Part shown: one piece after another, positions 25,778 to 38,045 of the stretch
Layout: the number at the start of each line of letters is the position of its first letter
How positions within the stretch are numbered: position 1 is the first letter of the stretch
Assembly (NCBI RefSeq): GCF_036365525.1
Contig: NC_090401.1
Location: 50,470,771 to 50,534,770 of the forward strand
Source: Heterodontus francisci
Lineage: Eukaryota
Reading direction: 5' to 3'
DNA: 64,000 bases
Notes under the pieces: generated by a model
Seen by the model: the letters and a program-made list of their open reading frames with translations, nothing else
Told to the model about the DNA's origin: nothing
Databases searched by the model: none
Made by a program: the position numbers and the translations under genes

Positions 25778-28700
25778 AATGTGTCCAGGAGGTGTATCCA
25801 GCTGCAGCTACTGGCTACCCGCGCTACAGAGCTGGAGCTGCGGGTGGATTCACTGTGGAGCATCCGCGATGCTGAGGACGTCGTGGATAGCACATTTAGT
25901 GAGGTGGTCACACCGCAGGTAATGGCTGCACAGGCAGAAAAGAGATGGGCGACCACCAGACGGAGTAGTAGGCGCAGGCAGATAGTGCAGGCGTCCCCTG
26001 TGGCCATCACCCTCTCAAACAGATATACCGCTTTGGATACTGTTGGGGGGATGACCTCCCGGGGAAAGCAGCAACAGCCAGGTTCGTGGCACCATGGAGG
26101 GCTCTGCTGCACAGCAGGGGAGGAAAAGGGTTGGAAGAGCTATAGTGATAGGGGATTCTATCGTAAGGGATGCAGATAGGCGTTTCTGTGGCCACAAACG
26201 AGACTCCAGGATGGTATGTTGCCTCCCTGGTGATAGGGTCAAGGATGTCTCAGAGCTGCTGCAGGACGTTCTGAAAGGAGAGGGTGAGCAGCCAGAGGTC
26301 GTGGTCCATATTGGTACTAACGACATAGGCAGGAAGAGAGATGAGGTCCTGCAAAATGAATATAGGGAGTTAGGCAGAAGGTTAAAAAGCAGGACCTCTA
26401 GGGCTGTAATCTCAGGATTATTCCTTGTGCCACATGCTAGTGAGGGTAGGAATAGGAGGATAAGGCAAAGAGCTGAAGAGCTGGTGTAGGCGGGAGGGCT
26501 TCAGCTACTTGGATCATTGGGATCTCTTCTGGTGCAGAGGTGCAGGTAGGTTTGCTGGTACTACTTGGAAGGGTTTAAGCTAGTCTGGCAGGGGGTTGGG
26601 ACCCAAAGCAGTAGTCTCTCCGATGAGATAGTTGATGCAAATATAGAGGTTAAAGCAAGCAAGTCCAGTAGGCAGGCCGGGCAGGGGCAGGACAGGGAGC
26701 GTGGAAGGTCTGATAGGCTAAACTGCATTGACATTAATACAAGAAGCCTTACAGGTGAAGCAGATGAACTCAGAACATGGATTGGTACATGGGATTGTGA
26801 TATTACAGCTATTACGGAAATGTGGTTGAGGGATGGGCAGGACTGGCAGCTCAACGTTCCGGGGTACCGATCCTTCCGGCATGGCAGAGGTGGAGATAAG
26901 AGAGGAGGGGGAGTTGCACTATTGATTAGGCAGGACATCACGGCAGTACTTAGAGAGGATATCCCGGGGAGAACGTCCAGCGAGGCCATATGGGTAGAAC
27001 TTAGAAATAAGAAAGGGGTGATCACTTTGATGGGATTATACTATAGGCCCCCCCAATAGTCAGAGGGAAGTGGAGGAGCATATATGTAGGGAAATCACAG
27101 ATAGGTGTAGGAATTATAGGGTTGTAATAGTCGGTGATTTTAACTTCCCTAATATTGACTGGGACTGCCTTAGTGCTAAGGGATCAGATGGGGAGGAATT
27201 TGTTAAGTGTGTCCAGGATAGTTTCCTGAAGCAGTATGTGGCTGGCCCTACTAGAGAAGGGGCTACACTCGACCTCCTCTTAGGAAATGAGGATGGGCAG
27301 GTGGTTGATGTGTCAGTGGGGGATCACTTTGGGACCAGTGATCATAACTCTTATTAACTTCAAGATAGTTATGGAAAAAGGATAGGACTGGTCCTCAGGT
27401 TGAAGTCCTAAATTGGGGGAAGGCTAATTTCGATGGCATCAGACAGGAACTCTCAAAAGTTGAATGGGAGAGGCTGTTTACAGGTAAAGGGACGTCTGGC
27501 AAGTGGGAGGCTTTTAAAAGTGAGATATGAAGAGTTCAGGGCCGGCATGTTCCTGTTAGATGGAAGGGAAAGGCTGGCAAGTTTAGGGAACCTTGGTTGA
27601 CGAGGGATATTGAGGGTCTGGTCAGGACAAAGAAGGAGGCATATGTCAGGTATAGGCAGCTGGGATCAAGCGAGTCCCTCGAGGAGTATAGGGGATGTAG
27701 GACTACACTTAAGAAGGAAATTGGGAGGGCGAAAAGGGGCCATGAGATTTCCCTGGCAGATAAGATAAAGGAGAATCCTAAAAGATTCTATAAGTATATT
27801 AAGAGTAAAAGGGTAGCTGGGGAGAGAGTAGGTCCCCTTAAGGATCAGTGTGGCAATCTATGTGTGGAGCCACGGGAAATGGGCGAGGTCTTAAAATGAA
27901 TATTTTTCGTCTGTATTTACCGTGGAGAAGGTCATGGAAGCTAGTGAGTTCAAGGGAGGGAACACCGATATCCTGGAGCATATCAACATTACAAAGGAGG
28001 AGGTGTTGGAGGTTTTGAAGCACATTAAGGTGGATAAATCCCCAGGGCCTGACTAGGTGTATCCTAGGATGCTGTGAGAAGCAAGGGAGGAGATTGCTGG
28101 GGTCCTGGCAGAGATTTTTGAATCATCGTTGGCCACGGGTGAGGTACCGGAAGACTGGAGGATAGCTAATGTGCCTTTATTTAAGAAGGGCAGCAGGGTT
28201 AAGCCAGGGAACTACAGGTCGGTGAGCCTTACATCAGTGGTGGGAAAGTTATTGGAAGGGATTCTGAGAGACAGGATTTATATGCATTTGGAAAGGCAAG
28301 GTCTGATTAGGGATAGTCAGCATGGCTTTGTGCGTGGGAAATCATGTCTCACAAATTTGTTTGAGTTTTTCGAGGAGGTGACCAAGAGGATTGACGAGGG
28401 CAGGGCGCTGGACGTTGTCTACATGGACTTTAGCAAGGCCTTTGACAAGGTCCCGCATGGTAGGCTGGTCCAGAAGGTTCAAACACATGGGATCCAGGGT
28501 GAGCTAGCCAATTGGTTACAAAATTGACTTGGTGATAGGAGGCAGAGAGTGGTAGTGGAGGGTTGTTTTTCAGATTGGAGGCCGGTGACCAGTGGTGTGC
28601 CACAGAGATCGGTGCTGGGCCCTCTGTTTGTCATATATTTTTTTTTAGAGATACAGCACTGAAACAGGCCCTTCGGCCCACCGAGTCTGTGCCGACCATC

Positions 28701-29928
28701 AACCACCCATTTATACTAATCCTACATTAATCCCATATTCCTACCACATCCCCACCTTCCTTCAATTCCCCTACCACCTACCTATACTAGGGGAAATTTA
28801 TAATGGCCAATTTACCTATCAACGTGCAAGTCTTTGGCTGTGTGGGAGGAAACCAGAGCACCCGGCGGAAACCCACGTGGTCACGGAGAACTTGCAAACT
28901 CCGCACAGGCAGTACCCAGAATTGGACCCGGGTCGCTGGAGCTGTGAGGCTGCGGTGCTAACCACTGCGCCACTATGCTGCCAGTCATATTAATGACTTG
29001 GATGTGAATGTAGGGGGCATGATTAGTAAGTTTGCAGATGACACCAAAATTGGTGGTATAGTGGACAGTGAAGAAGGTTGTCTAAGGTTACAACAGGATA
29101 TAGATCAACTGGGAAAGTGGGCAAGGGAGTGGCAAATGGAAATTAATGCAGACAAGTGTGAAGTGCTGGATTTTTGGAAGTTAAACCAGGGCAGGACATA
29201 TACAGTGAATGGCAGGGCCCTGGGGAGGGTTCTTGAGCAGAGAGACCTTGGGGTGAAAGTACATAGTTCCCTGAAAGTGGCAACACAGGTAGACAGGGTG
29301 GGGAAGAAGGTGTATGGCATGCTTGCCTTCATCGGCCGAGGCATTGAGTACAAGAGTTGGGACGTCATGTTACAGTCGTATACAACGTTGGTTAGGCCGC
29401 ATTTGGAATACTGTGTGCAATTCTGGTAGCCGCACTACAGGAAAGATGTGATTAAGCTAGAGAGGGTGCAGAAAAGATTCATAAGGATGTTGCCTGGTTC
29501 GGAGGGCTTGAGTTATAAAGAGAGATTGGATAGGCTGGGTCAGTTTTCCCTGCAGCGAAGGAGGCTGAGAGGGGACATGATAGAGGCATAGATAGGGTAG
29601 ATAGCCAGAGTCTGTTTCCCATAGGGGTGACTAAAACTAGAGGGCATAGATTTAAGGTGAGAGGGAGGAGGTTTAAAGGGGATCAAAGGGGTAAATTGTT
29701 CACACAAAGAATAGTGGGTATCTGGAATGAGCTGCCTGAGGAGGTGATGGAGGCAGAAACAGTAGCAACATTTAAGAGGCATCTGGACAGGTACTTGAAT
29801 GAGCAAGGCATAGAGGAATATGGAATTAATGCAGGCAAATGGGATTAATATAGATAGGCATTATGGCCGGCATGGACGCGGTGGGCCGAAGGGCCTGTTT
29901 CTATGCTGTACGACTCTATGACTCTATA
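25778..29928 (+). mobile_element. Near-full-length decayed CR1 LINE (ORF1 SGNH esterase; ORF2 APE endonuclease + reverse transcriptase)
   Basis: ORF1 motifs IVIGDSIVR and VVHIGTNDIG. ORF2 motifs [62 protein letters not shown] and KFADDTKIG. 3' (actctatg) tail. Many frameshifts and stops. Confidence 0.95.
28637..28983 (-). mobile_element. V-SINE (HE1-like) nested in the CR1 RT domain
   Basis: Full SINE in antisense with 7-bp TSD gtcatat (28630-28636 / 28984-28990). Confidence 0.92.
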
Positions 29929-30054
29929 AACATATGCTGCTCCTCGCAACATGAGCGACACTCCCAGGACTGTAAACCAGCTCTGGTGCTGTGGATGGAC
30001 CAGCATAATCACCAATTGATTAGTGGCTGGCACTTCACTTGCCCTGATGAAGCA

Positions 30055-30547
30055 GATAGGAACATAGGAGCAGGCCATTCAGCCCTTCAAGCTTACTCTG
30101 CCATTCTAGATCATGGCTGATCGTCTCCCTCAACACCATATTCCTGTGCTGTCCCCATATCCCTTGGTGTCATTAGCAACTAGAAATCTATCAATCTCTG
30201 TCTTGAACTTACTCAGTGACTGAGCTTGCACCAGCCTCTGGGAAAGAGAGAGCCAAAGATTCACCACCCTCTGAGTGAAGAAGTTCCTCCTCATCTCAGT
30301 CCTAAATGGCTTCTCCTTTATCCTGAGATTGTGTCCCCTGGTTCTCGATCCCACAGTCAGGGCAAACATTATTTCTGCATCTACCCTGTCTCTCCCTTTA
30401 AGAATTTTGTGAGTTTCTATGAGATATCCTCTCATTCTTCTAAACTCCAGAGAATGCAGGCCCTGTCTCCTCGAACTCCCCTCATAGGACAATCCCACCA
30501 TCCCAGGAATCAGCCTGGTGACCTTCTGCACTTCCTCTATGGCAAGT
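30055..30547 (-). mobile_element. CR1 LINE 3' fragment
   Basis: LEFRRMRGYLIETHKILKG...RRNFFTQRVVNLW. Confidence 0.88.
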
Positions 30548-30784
30548 ATAGCCAATGCCAGTGTCAGCACCTGCTCAGGCCTACTCTGTATTTGCATATT
30601 CAGGAAACGTCTCTGCACAGCACCTTGAGCAGGGGCTTCTAACACGGATGCAGACTAACATTTTTTCTTTCCCCATTCATTACCCCAAAATCATGGCTCA
30701 GGGTCGTGAGTACCACACAGTTTCTGAACCCATACAGATCAGGATAGTCTCAAGTCGGGTTCCTGTTCTCACACCTGGTTAAAG

Positions 30785-31335
30785 GCTGGTTCGGCCACAG
30801 CTGGAGTATTGCGTGCAGTTCTGGTCACCACATTACAGGAAGGACATAATTGCTGTGGAGGGAGTACAGAGAAGATTTACAAGAATGTTGCCAGCTTTGA
30901 GGAAAGATTGGATTGGCGAGGGTTGTTTTCCTCAGAATAGAGGAGGCTGAGGAGTGACTTAATAGAGGTGTACAAAACCACGAGGGGCCGAGAGAGTGTA
31001 GACAGAAAGGACCTGTTTCCCTGAGTGGAGAGATCAATTACCAGGGGGCACATGTTTAAGGTGATTGGTAGAAGGAGGATTAGAGGGGACATGAGGAAAA
31101 ACTTTTTCACCCAGAGGGTGGTGGGTGTCTGGAATTCACTGCCAGGAATGGTGGTGGAGGCAGAAACCCTCAACTCATTTAAAAGGTACCTGGACATGCA
31201 CCTGAAGGGCTGTAACCTGCAAGGCTATGGACCAGGTGCTGGAAGGTGGGATTAGATTGGCTAGTTTTTTCAGCCGCGCAGACACAATGGGCTGAATGGC
31301 CTCTTTCTGTGCCGTCACCTTTCTATGGTTCTACG
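30785..31335 (+). mobile_element. CR1 LINE 3' fragment
   Basis: RGDMRKNFFTQRVVGVWNSLPGMVVEA plus 3' UTR. Confidence 0.88.
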
Positions 31336-32167
31336 TGGACCAGGATACATATTGACCTCCGTATTCTCAGGGAGGGTTGCCATCTCCAGGCGATGAGAAA
31401 AGGAAACTGGAAAAACAGGAGAGTGGACAAATGCATCCAGGCCCGATGGATTTGTAATTGTCCCATGTGGAGGTTTGTGGTGTTGTGGTGAGTTACACTG
31501 GGTTAGGGTTCCACGGTATTTTGAGGCCCAGGTAGCCATTTGTTACATGTGACCCTGGACAGTGAATGTTGAAGTCTTATTTTGGGGCATTGCAGTCTGG
31601 TCCAGCCCATCCTTATTGAACAACCATATGCTTTGCAGCCAGTGTCACTTGATAGCCATCAGGTGTTGGGACCCTGCCTGATTTTTTTTTCCCTCTTCTG
31701 TCTAGGATTGGGATTCAAGGGCCACTTTGACCATGTTAAGCGCTGCACTGGCTGAAATCAGCTAAACTCAGTAGAGAGGAGGGATTGAACCTCGGATTTT
31801 GTGATCAGTGTGGATTAATTTACATGGAGTGCAGAAAGGGGATCTTGTATTTGGGAGCCATCAGCTGACCTCCTCCCCGCCCCCTCTCTCTCTCTCTCAC
31901 TCTCTATACACCTGCCCCTGTGTTCTGACATATGACTGATTCCAATGAGGAACAAGTTAACTATCTTCACCGAGCACAAAGAACATCAAGTTTCAAAGAC
32001 GTACTTTGTAACGAACAAACCATTGTTCAGATAGAGTACACACTGATCCGGGTATAAAACCTTATCAGTGGAACTTATAAATCCAGTTTAATGTGTGACT
32101 GTGAGATCTACAAATCTCCTGATTGCCACACCAGCCATTACTTTGGCCACTCTGAGCTTAGAAAGAA

Positions 32168-32470
32168 TGAAGAACTTTCATTTCTATAGCACCTTTTGTG
32201 ACCTGTGGACCTCCCAAAGCACAGCAAGGTCCCAAAAATGACCAGATAATCTGATTTTTGTTTTTAAACAGTCCCATGGGATCATTTACGATCACCTGAG
32301 AGGGCAGACAAAGCCTTGGTTAAACGTCTCGGGTACCTCTGACTGTACAGCGCTCCCTCAGTACTGCACCAAGGGTGTCAGCCTGGATTATGTGTTCGAC
32401 GCTCTGGAGGGTCACTTGACCTCTCTACGTTCTGGCTCGGAGACTAGTGTGCTACCGACTGAGCCGTAAC
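32168..32470 (-). mobile_element. Deu-domain SINE, internally deleted
   Basis: cacctgagagggcagac...aaacgtctc...cgctccctcagtactgcac...gtgtcagcctggat. Confidence 0.78.
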
Positions 32471-33377
32471 GTCTGAGCTCATGAGAAGACATAGTTGTGG
32501 TATGTGTGCCTCTGTCTTTTCAAGAACTGGATAATGGCTATTCGGCCATAATTGGATGGTTTTAGCCAACAGATATTCGGAGATTATAATCTTGTCAGTT
32601 TTGGCTGGATTTGAACTTCAATCTCAAGGTGAAAGGACAGTGCAAATGGCAACAAGATGACTCCGCCTTTCAAATCTTCATGTTAGTGGTTTGTTTGTTT
32701 AACAGCGTCATTTTACTTTGTCACTTTTTATTTTCTTGTGAAGAAAATGTGTTGCAAAAACCACATCCTTGAAGGGAAAAAAAACCAGTTTAAACCATTT
32801 GCTTTAACCCAACTGTTCATTTATTGGAAGTATTTCACAGCAACACATCCACTGATCTCAACCATTCCCCCATCGTGAAAATATCTGGAATGGGAATGGT
32901 CAGAAGGATTGTTGAAGATCCAGATGAAATCCCAGGGAAGTTCCCAGGAAACATGCAGGTGTACATGCCGATCCTGTAGTTTGACCTGGGTAAATGTTCA
33001 CTGTACATTGCTATCTACTGACCCAATCCAAATAAACAAGCTAATGTTTAACTCTGGCCTCTCCTCTTCTCAAAGGAAAAAAAGTTAAGTGCTTAGTGAA
33101 CTTAATAAATCATTTTAGTCTCCCCACCCACCATAGCAATGCAGACATGAGAAGAGTGGCTAGGGTACCCACCCTCTCCTCCCAGCAGTCCTCCCTTTCT
33201 GTTTTCCCATTTCTTGCCCATTGATTCACTTGCTGCATGTGGGGACCGTGTCAGTGATACAAGTTAGTCTCGCCAGAGGCAGCAGCTTCTGAGATGATTA
33301 CAACAACTACTGCTGGAGTCTCTCTAACTTTTCTATTGGGCCTACAAGCAAATGCAGCTGATGAGAATCTTCTCCCC

Positions 33378-33483
33378 CTTATCTGATGGGCCCGCCCCCA
33401 CCCTCTCATCTGGTGGGTCCTCTGCCCCCCCCCCCCCACCTTGTCTGGTTGTCCTCTGCCCCCCCCCCCCACCTTGTCTGGTT
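33378..33483. repeat. Short tandem repeat, about 30-nt unit with a poly-C core, roughly 3 copies
   Basis: tctggtgggtcctctg(c)n acct / tgtctggttgtcctctg(c)n acct / tgtctggtt. Confidence 0.75.
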
Positions 33484-34859
33484 TTATATTCAGCTCAGTG
33501 CGTTTAGTTTCAGTTTTCTGCCCTCCTTTCCTGAAGGCGCTGACTCCTTAATGGGCTTCGGTTGGTGCAGACATTTTCCACCCTTTGGCTCAGTGAGTGC
33601 TGGCAGGCTGTCTAGCCGGAGGGCAGGAGAGTGATGTCCCTATCCTATCCTATCCTATCCCTGCTGGACACCTGTTCTCCAGCAGTGCTGACCAGATGGT
33701 GATTGGGAGAGCGGGCCCTGGCTGGTGGATGTCCTCGCCTTTGCTCGGCAGGAGGGTCACATTTGGTCACTACACCCATCGCTGCCGGCAAACTATCCCA
33801 ACACAGACCAGGGATGGGTCTTCCTGGTCTGCGGGACTCAGTTCCCCCTTGGCTACTGCACGGAGTTAAGGGAGGGAATGCGAGAGTTGGTGGATTCTTG
33901 CCCAGAGCCGTCACCTACTCCCTCTTCCTTGCCCATTTTGAAACCTCCTCAGTGCCTCTTTTCCGCAAGGCTGAGTTCCTGGAACAGCCAGTGCTACATT
34001 CCTTGGCAGTTGAGCTGCCACGTAGCAGTAAGTTCAAACCGGCCTCAGATGCTGTGTGCTCTGTGGTGAGAACTAGGATTGTTCTTTTATTTCTCTTCCA
34101 GCCCTCGCCCCCGTGCAGTTCCACCTCTTGCCCAGGTGGGCATTCCATGCGTAGGTTGGTGCAGGAGGCAAGTGCCGGCAGGATATTCGACCATGGAGGG
34201 CATCGCAGCACAGCCCAATCCTGGTTCTCGCTCAGTGCAAGCACACTTTACAGCAAGGGTGCCCTGTGTAGCACTCAGTGCTGGAGAAACCCTGACTAAC
34301 TTTAATCCAGTTCACCCCTCCCCCACCCACCCTGTTCAATACAACAGACATTGGGCTAATTCTTTTGCTCAGCAGCTTCTCTGACTGAAATCAGTTAACT
34401 CTACACAGACCAGGGCTCAAACCATGAACTGGCCTGAATTAATACAATGCCAATCTCAGTCTTTGCCCTCTGCACAAACGAGGAAGATTAAATCTGATTA
34501 TATATGAACTATCAATTAGCAGAACGTGTGACCTAATTGTCACAACCTTGCTCACTCTTTCTTTCATAAACAAGGGAAAGTATCCAATGAAACACTGGAT
34601 ATTATTTTCCACTTCCCAAATGCTGGCAAAGAGGAACATGCGAGTATAAAGGCAGAAAATTATTAAAGAGCAGAGAATATACACCTTTTCCTTCATGGCC
34701 TATCCCTTTAACAGAAAATGTAGGTCATGAATAAATTTGAACAGTAACTGAACTATAACTTAGTCATCTGGTGTCCTAGAAAATACTTTCCATTTATTTC
34801 CTAACAGAAGATGTCTGTATGATTTGAAGCCACTTGGAACATTTGTTAAAAAGACAAAG

Positions 34860-35237
34860 AAAAACATGCATTTATATAGTGCCTTTTGCAACTTCAGAAC
34901 ATACCAAAGCACTTTACAGCAATGATGTACTTTTGAAGTGTCGTCACTGTTGTAATGAAGGAGACACAGCAGCCGATTCCACACAGCAAGATGCCATAGA
35001 CAGCAATGAAGTAAATTAACTCCCCTGTTCTTCTTCGCAATAGTGCCTGAGAGGGCAGACAGAGTCTCAGTTTAACTACTCATCTGAGATGACAGCACTT
35101 CCAACAATGCAGTATTCCCTCAACTACTGGCACTGAAAGCCTCAGCCTGGATTTTGCGCTCAGATCTCTGTAGCGGAACTTGAACCCACAGCCTTGTGAC
35201 TCAGAGGTAAGACTGCTAACCACTGAGTCACAGCTAA
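34860..35237 (-). mobile_element. Deu-domain SINE just downstream of (possibly within the 3' UTR of) RhoB-like copy 2
   Basis: Head, core and tail are colinear with the other copies. An AATAAA lies beyond it on the minus strand (34793-34798). Confidence 0.82.
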
Positions 35238-35383
35238 TGTGTTGTTTGAAGAGTGTTCTAGATCCCCACGCGATTCTTATTTCCCCACCCCCACCCCAGT
35301 AGAAAAATGTCCTGCTCCGACAGATTAAGATGTTTGTCTTTCTGGTAAAGTTGATATCTTGGTCCTTCCCAGTCCTGTCCTTT

Positions 35384-35968
35384 TTACATCATCGTGCACG
35401 CACAGTTGAAGCATGCCAGCTCTGTGGCATTAAAGGTGGCCCTGGTGGCAGTTTCGAAAACCTCCCAGACGCCTTCTTTTGTCTTGGCCGAGCATTCTAG
35501 GTAATCGTAGGCGCCAATCATCTCCGCCATGGCCCGGCCCTCTTCCCACCTCACCGGCTCCCTCTTGCTCCTCGCCAGTTCCTTGCGGACCCGCTCGTCA
35601 CTCCGCAGGTCCTTCTTGTTGCCCACCAACACCACTGGCACACCGGGGCAGAAGTGCTTGACCTCAGCCATCCACTTTTCCGGGATGTTGCTCAGGGAAT
35701 CAGGGCTGTCCACCGAGAAGCAGATCAGGATGACGTCGGTGTCGGGATAGGAGAGAGGCCGCAGGCGGTCGTAGTCCTCTTGTCCGGCTGTGTCCCAGAG
35801 CGCCAGTTCCACCTGCTTCTCATCCACAATGATATCGGCCACGTAGGTGTCGAAGACAGTTGGGACGTAACCTTCAGGGAACTCGTCCTTGCTTAACACA
35901 AACAACAAACTTGTTTTACCACAACCACCGTCACCAACCACCACCAGCTTCCTCCGTACAGTCGTCAT
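35384..35968 (-). CDS. Intronless RhoB-like small GTPase, copy 2 (194 aa, C-terminus CFNCACTMM)
   Basis: Intact ORF, colinear with copy 1 without indels. All G-boxes are present, ATG context is aagatcATGa, and the CaaX is CTMM. Confidence 0.95.
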   Translation of the reverse strand: MTTVRRKLVVVGDGGCGKTSLLFVLSKDEFPEGYVPTVFDTYVADIIVDEKQVELALWDTAGQEDYDRLRPLSYPDTDVILICFSVDSPDSLSNIPEKWMAEVKHFCPGVPVVLVGNKKDLRSDERVRKELARSKREPVRWEEGRAMAEMIGAYDYLECSAKTKEGVWEVFETATRATFNATELACFNCACTMM

Positions 35969-36169
35969 GATCTTCCGTTAATTTGATGTCCAAAAATATT
36001 TCAACGTACTCTCCTTCCCCAACACTGAGGAGTGAAGTTGTTACAGGTAGTGTTGCCAGTCAGGGTGTAGCCAAAGTGTACAAGCACAGACACATTGCTC
36101 AGCTGTAGATAACGTACTCTCTGGATATGTTGCTGAGTTCGAAGTAGGAAAGCAAGGTGGAACTGGTTG

Positions 36170-36280
36170 GGTTCTATGGGCGGGTTGGAATGTTGACCTC
36201 CCAATCACGTTCAACTGGTCATGGGAGTGAGCCAACACTTCACATGAAATAAACAATAAAAGGTGAAATGATTGGCTAGC
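36170..36280 (-). promoter_or_regulatory. Putative proximal promoter of RhoB-like copy 2
   Basis: GC box gggcggg (36178-36184), inverted CCAAT (36201-36205) and CCAAT (36271-36275). No clear TATA. Confidence 0.4.
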
Positions 36281-37149
36281 AATAGTAAAAAAGAATGAAC
36301 AGCTGAGTATAACCCAGGCTCTAATCTAACTTTGTCAACACAGACTTCTCTTTTGAGGTGGCTTGCACAGTTCATGGTTTTTATTTTTTTAATGAAATTG
36401 CAGTGTGTTACTCTTCTCTAAGACCTTGTGCTCTGCTATACAGGAATGGATTACGATACAGAAGTAATGTGGATTCTCCTCGTAACTATCCTCCCCTGTA
36501 ATTACAGCTGTACACACTGAGAAATCTTTGTTGCCAGGCAAACTTCTTTTTTAACTAGGCCAGAACAAGCCAAGCTCCCTTCTTCTGGTGCTATGGGATC
36601 CCAGGCTTATTGGAACTGAAATTGTAGATGCCGTCTGTTTATAATTTGGCTTACTGGTGTTTGGTCACCACACTTTAGGAAGGATGTGAGGGTCCTTGAA
36701 GCAGAGATGATCAATGATTTCAAAAGCAAATTGGATAGGCACTTGAAGGAAATAAACTTGCAGAGCTATGGGGATAGAGCAGGGGATTGTGACTGATTGG
36801 ATTGCTGTAGAGAGCTAGCATGGACTCGATGGGCCAAATGGCTTCCTTCTGTGCTGCAATGACTCTGACTATTTTTCTAGCCTGGATGCTGGAAAGATAG
36901 AGCAAAGTGTACTATCCAGGCCTCCAGAATCTGCTGGACTAGATTATTAGCATAGCCTGTTTGCAGGCCTCCCCCCATTCCCCTTCCTTTCAAGGTTTTG
37001 TTCCAGGAAATGGAGGAGGAAACAGAAGCCCAGCTGCAGGCCTCGCCCTTGTAACCGCGGCCACTCATTAGTGACGAGGACCAGGAGTCCTGGCGAATTG
37101 ATGCCTCCCTTAGTCGAGGTGCTGAAGCCCAATGTAGCAGCCCAGTTGC

Positions 37150-37697
37150 TGCTGTCTTTCGGATGTGATGTCAAACCGAGGCCCTCTTGCCTGGACAGAG
37201 AAGATCCCATGGCACCATTTTGAAGTAGAAGAGGGCGTTCTCCCCAGTGTCCTGGCCAATATTTAAACCCTCATTGACATGACTAAGGAAAAATAGAAAA
37301 AAGCTGGAAATACTCAGCAGGTCAGGTAGTATCTGTGGAGCGAGAAACAGATAACATTTCAGACCGATGACCTCTTACCACACTGTTCTGACGAAAGGTC
37401 GCCCTGAAACATTAACTCTGTTTCTCTCTCCACAAATGTTGCCAGACCTGCAGAGTATTTCTGGCATTTTCTGTTTTTATTTCAGATTTCCAGCATTCTC
37501 AGTATTTTGCTTTTGTATCTCTGAAAAAAACACATTATCTGGGCATTTATTTCAGTGCTGTTTGCAGGAGCTTGCTGTGTGCAAATTGGCTTCCATGTTT
37601 CCTACATTACAACAGTGACAAGTACTTCATTGGCTGCAGAGAGCTTTGGAATGTCCTGAGATTGTGAAAGGCGTGCAAGATATACAAGTCCTTTCTT
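37150..37697 (+). mobile_element. Deu-domain SINE interrupted by a palindromic Penelope-derived insert
   Basis: The Deu core runs to about 37288 and resumes at about 37520. Confidence 0.8.
37290..37519. mobile_element. Inverted (head-to-head) pair of Penelope pLTR tails
   Basis: 37290-37378 is the reverse complement of about 37392-37480. The hammerhead core CTGACGA...GAAA is at 37388-37409. Confidence 0.8.
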
Positions 37698-37894
37698 TGC
37701 TGTAAGTCTCACTCCTGTGCGAGGCGGTGGAACTATGAGCCAGGCCAGTGGGAAGAGTTTTAATAATCTAACTGCCCTGGGGAAGTAATATTTGCTCCAC
37801 GTGATTGGTAGACCAGCCTGGAGCTCAATGAGGCAGAGGTGTTTGTTCAATCCCCCAATCCCCAGTTCACCCAGACGCCTGGACAGTGTAACCT

Positions 37895-38045
37895 AACTCT
37901 TTGGCAAGCTTTTGATCACCTGTCCTAATGTCTCGTTACGCGACTCGGTGTCAAATGTCTGTTTAATTGACCCTCCTGTGAGGCGACGCGGGACGTTTTA
38001 CTACATTAACGGTGCTATATAAATGCAAGGTGTTGTTGTTGTTGT
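37895..38045 (+). mobile_element. L2-like 3' end
   Basis: caagcttttgatcacctgtcctaat...gctatataaatgcaaggtgttgttgttg. Confidence 0.75.

Noticed and set aside
26094-26489. GDSL/SGNH esterase-like ORF (also 54678-55007)
   Set aside because: It is the known esterase domain of CR1 ORF1, embedded in decayed LINEs.
33703-34299. 198-aa ORF
   Set aside because: No recognisable domain, and it overlaps ancient SINE relics.
36003-36121. Repeated 11-mer aacgtactctc upstream of copy 2 (donor-like GTACGT on the minus strand)
   Set aside because: Too short, and there is no acceptor before the ATG to support a 5' UTR intron.
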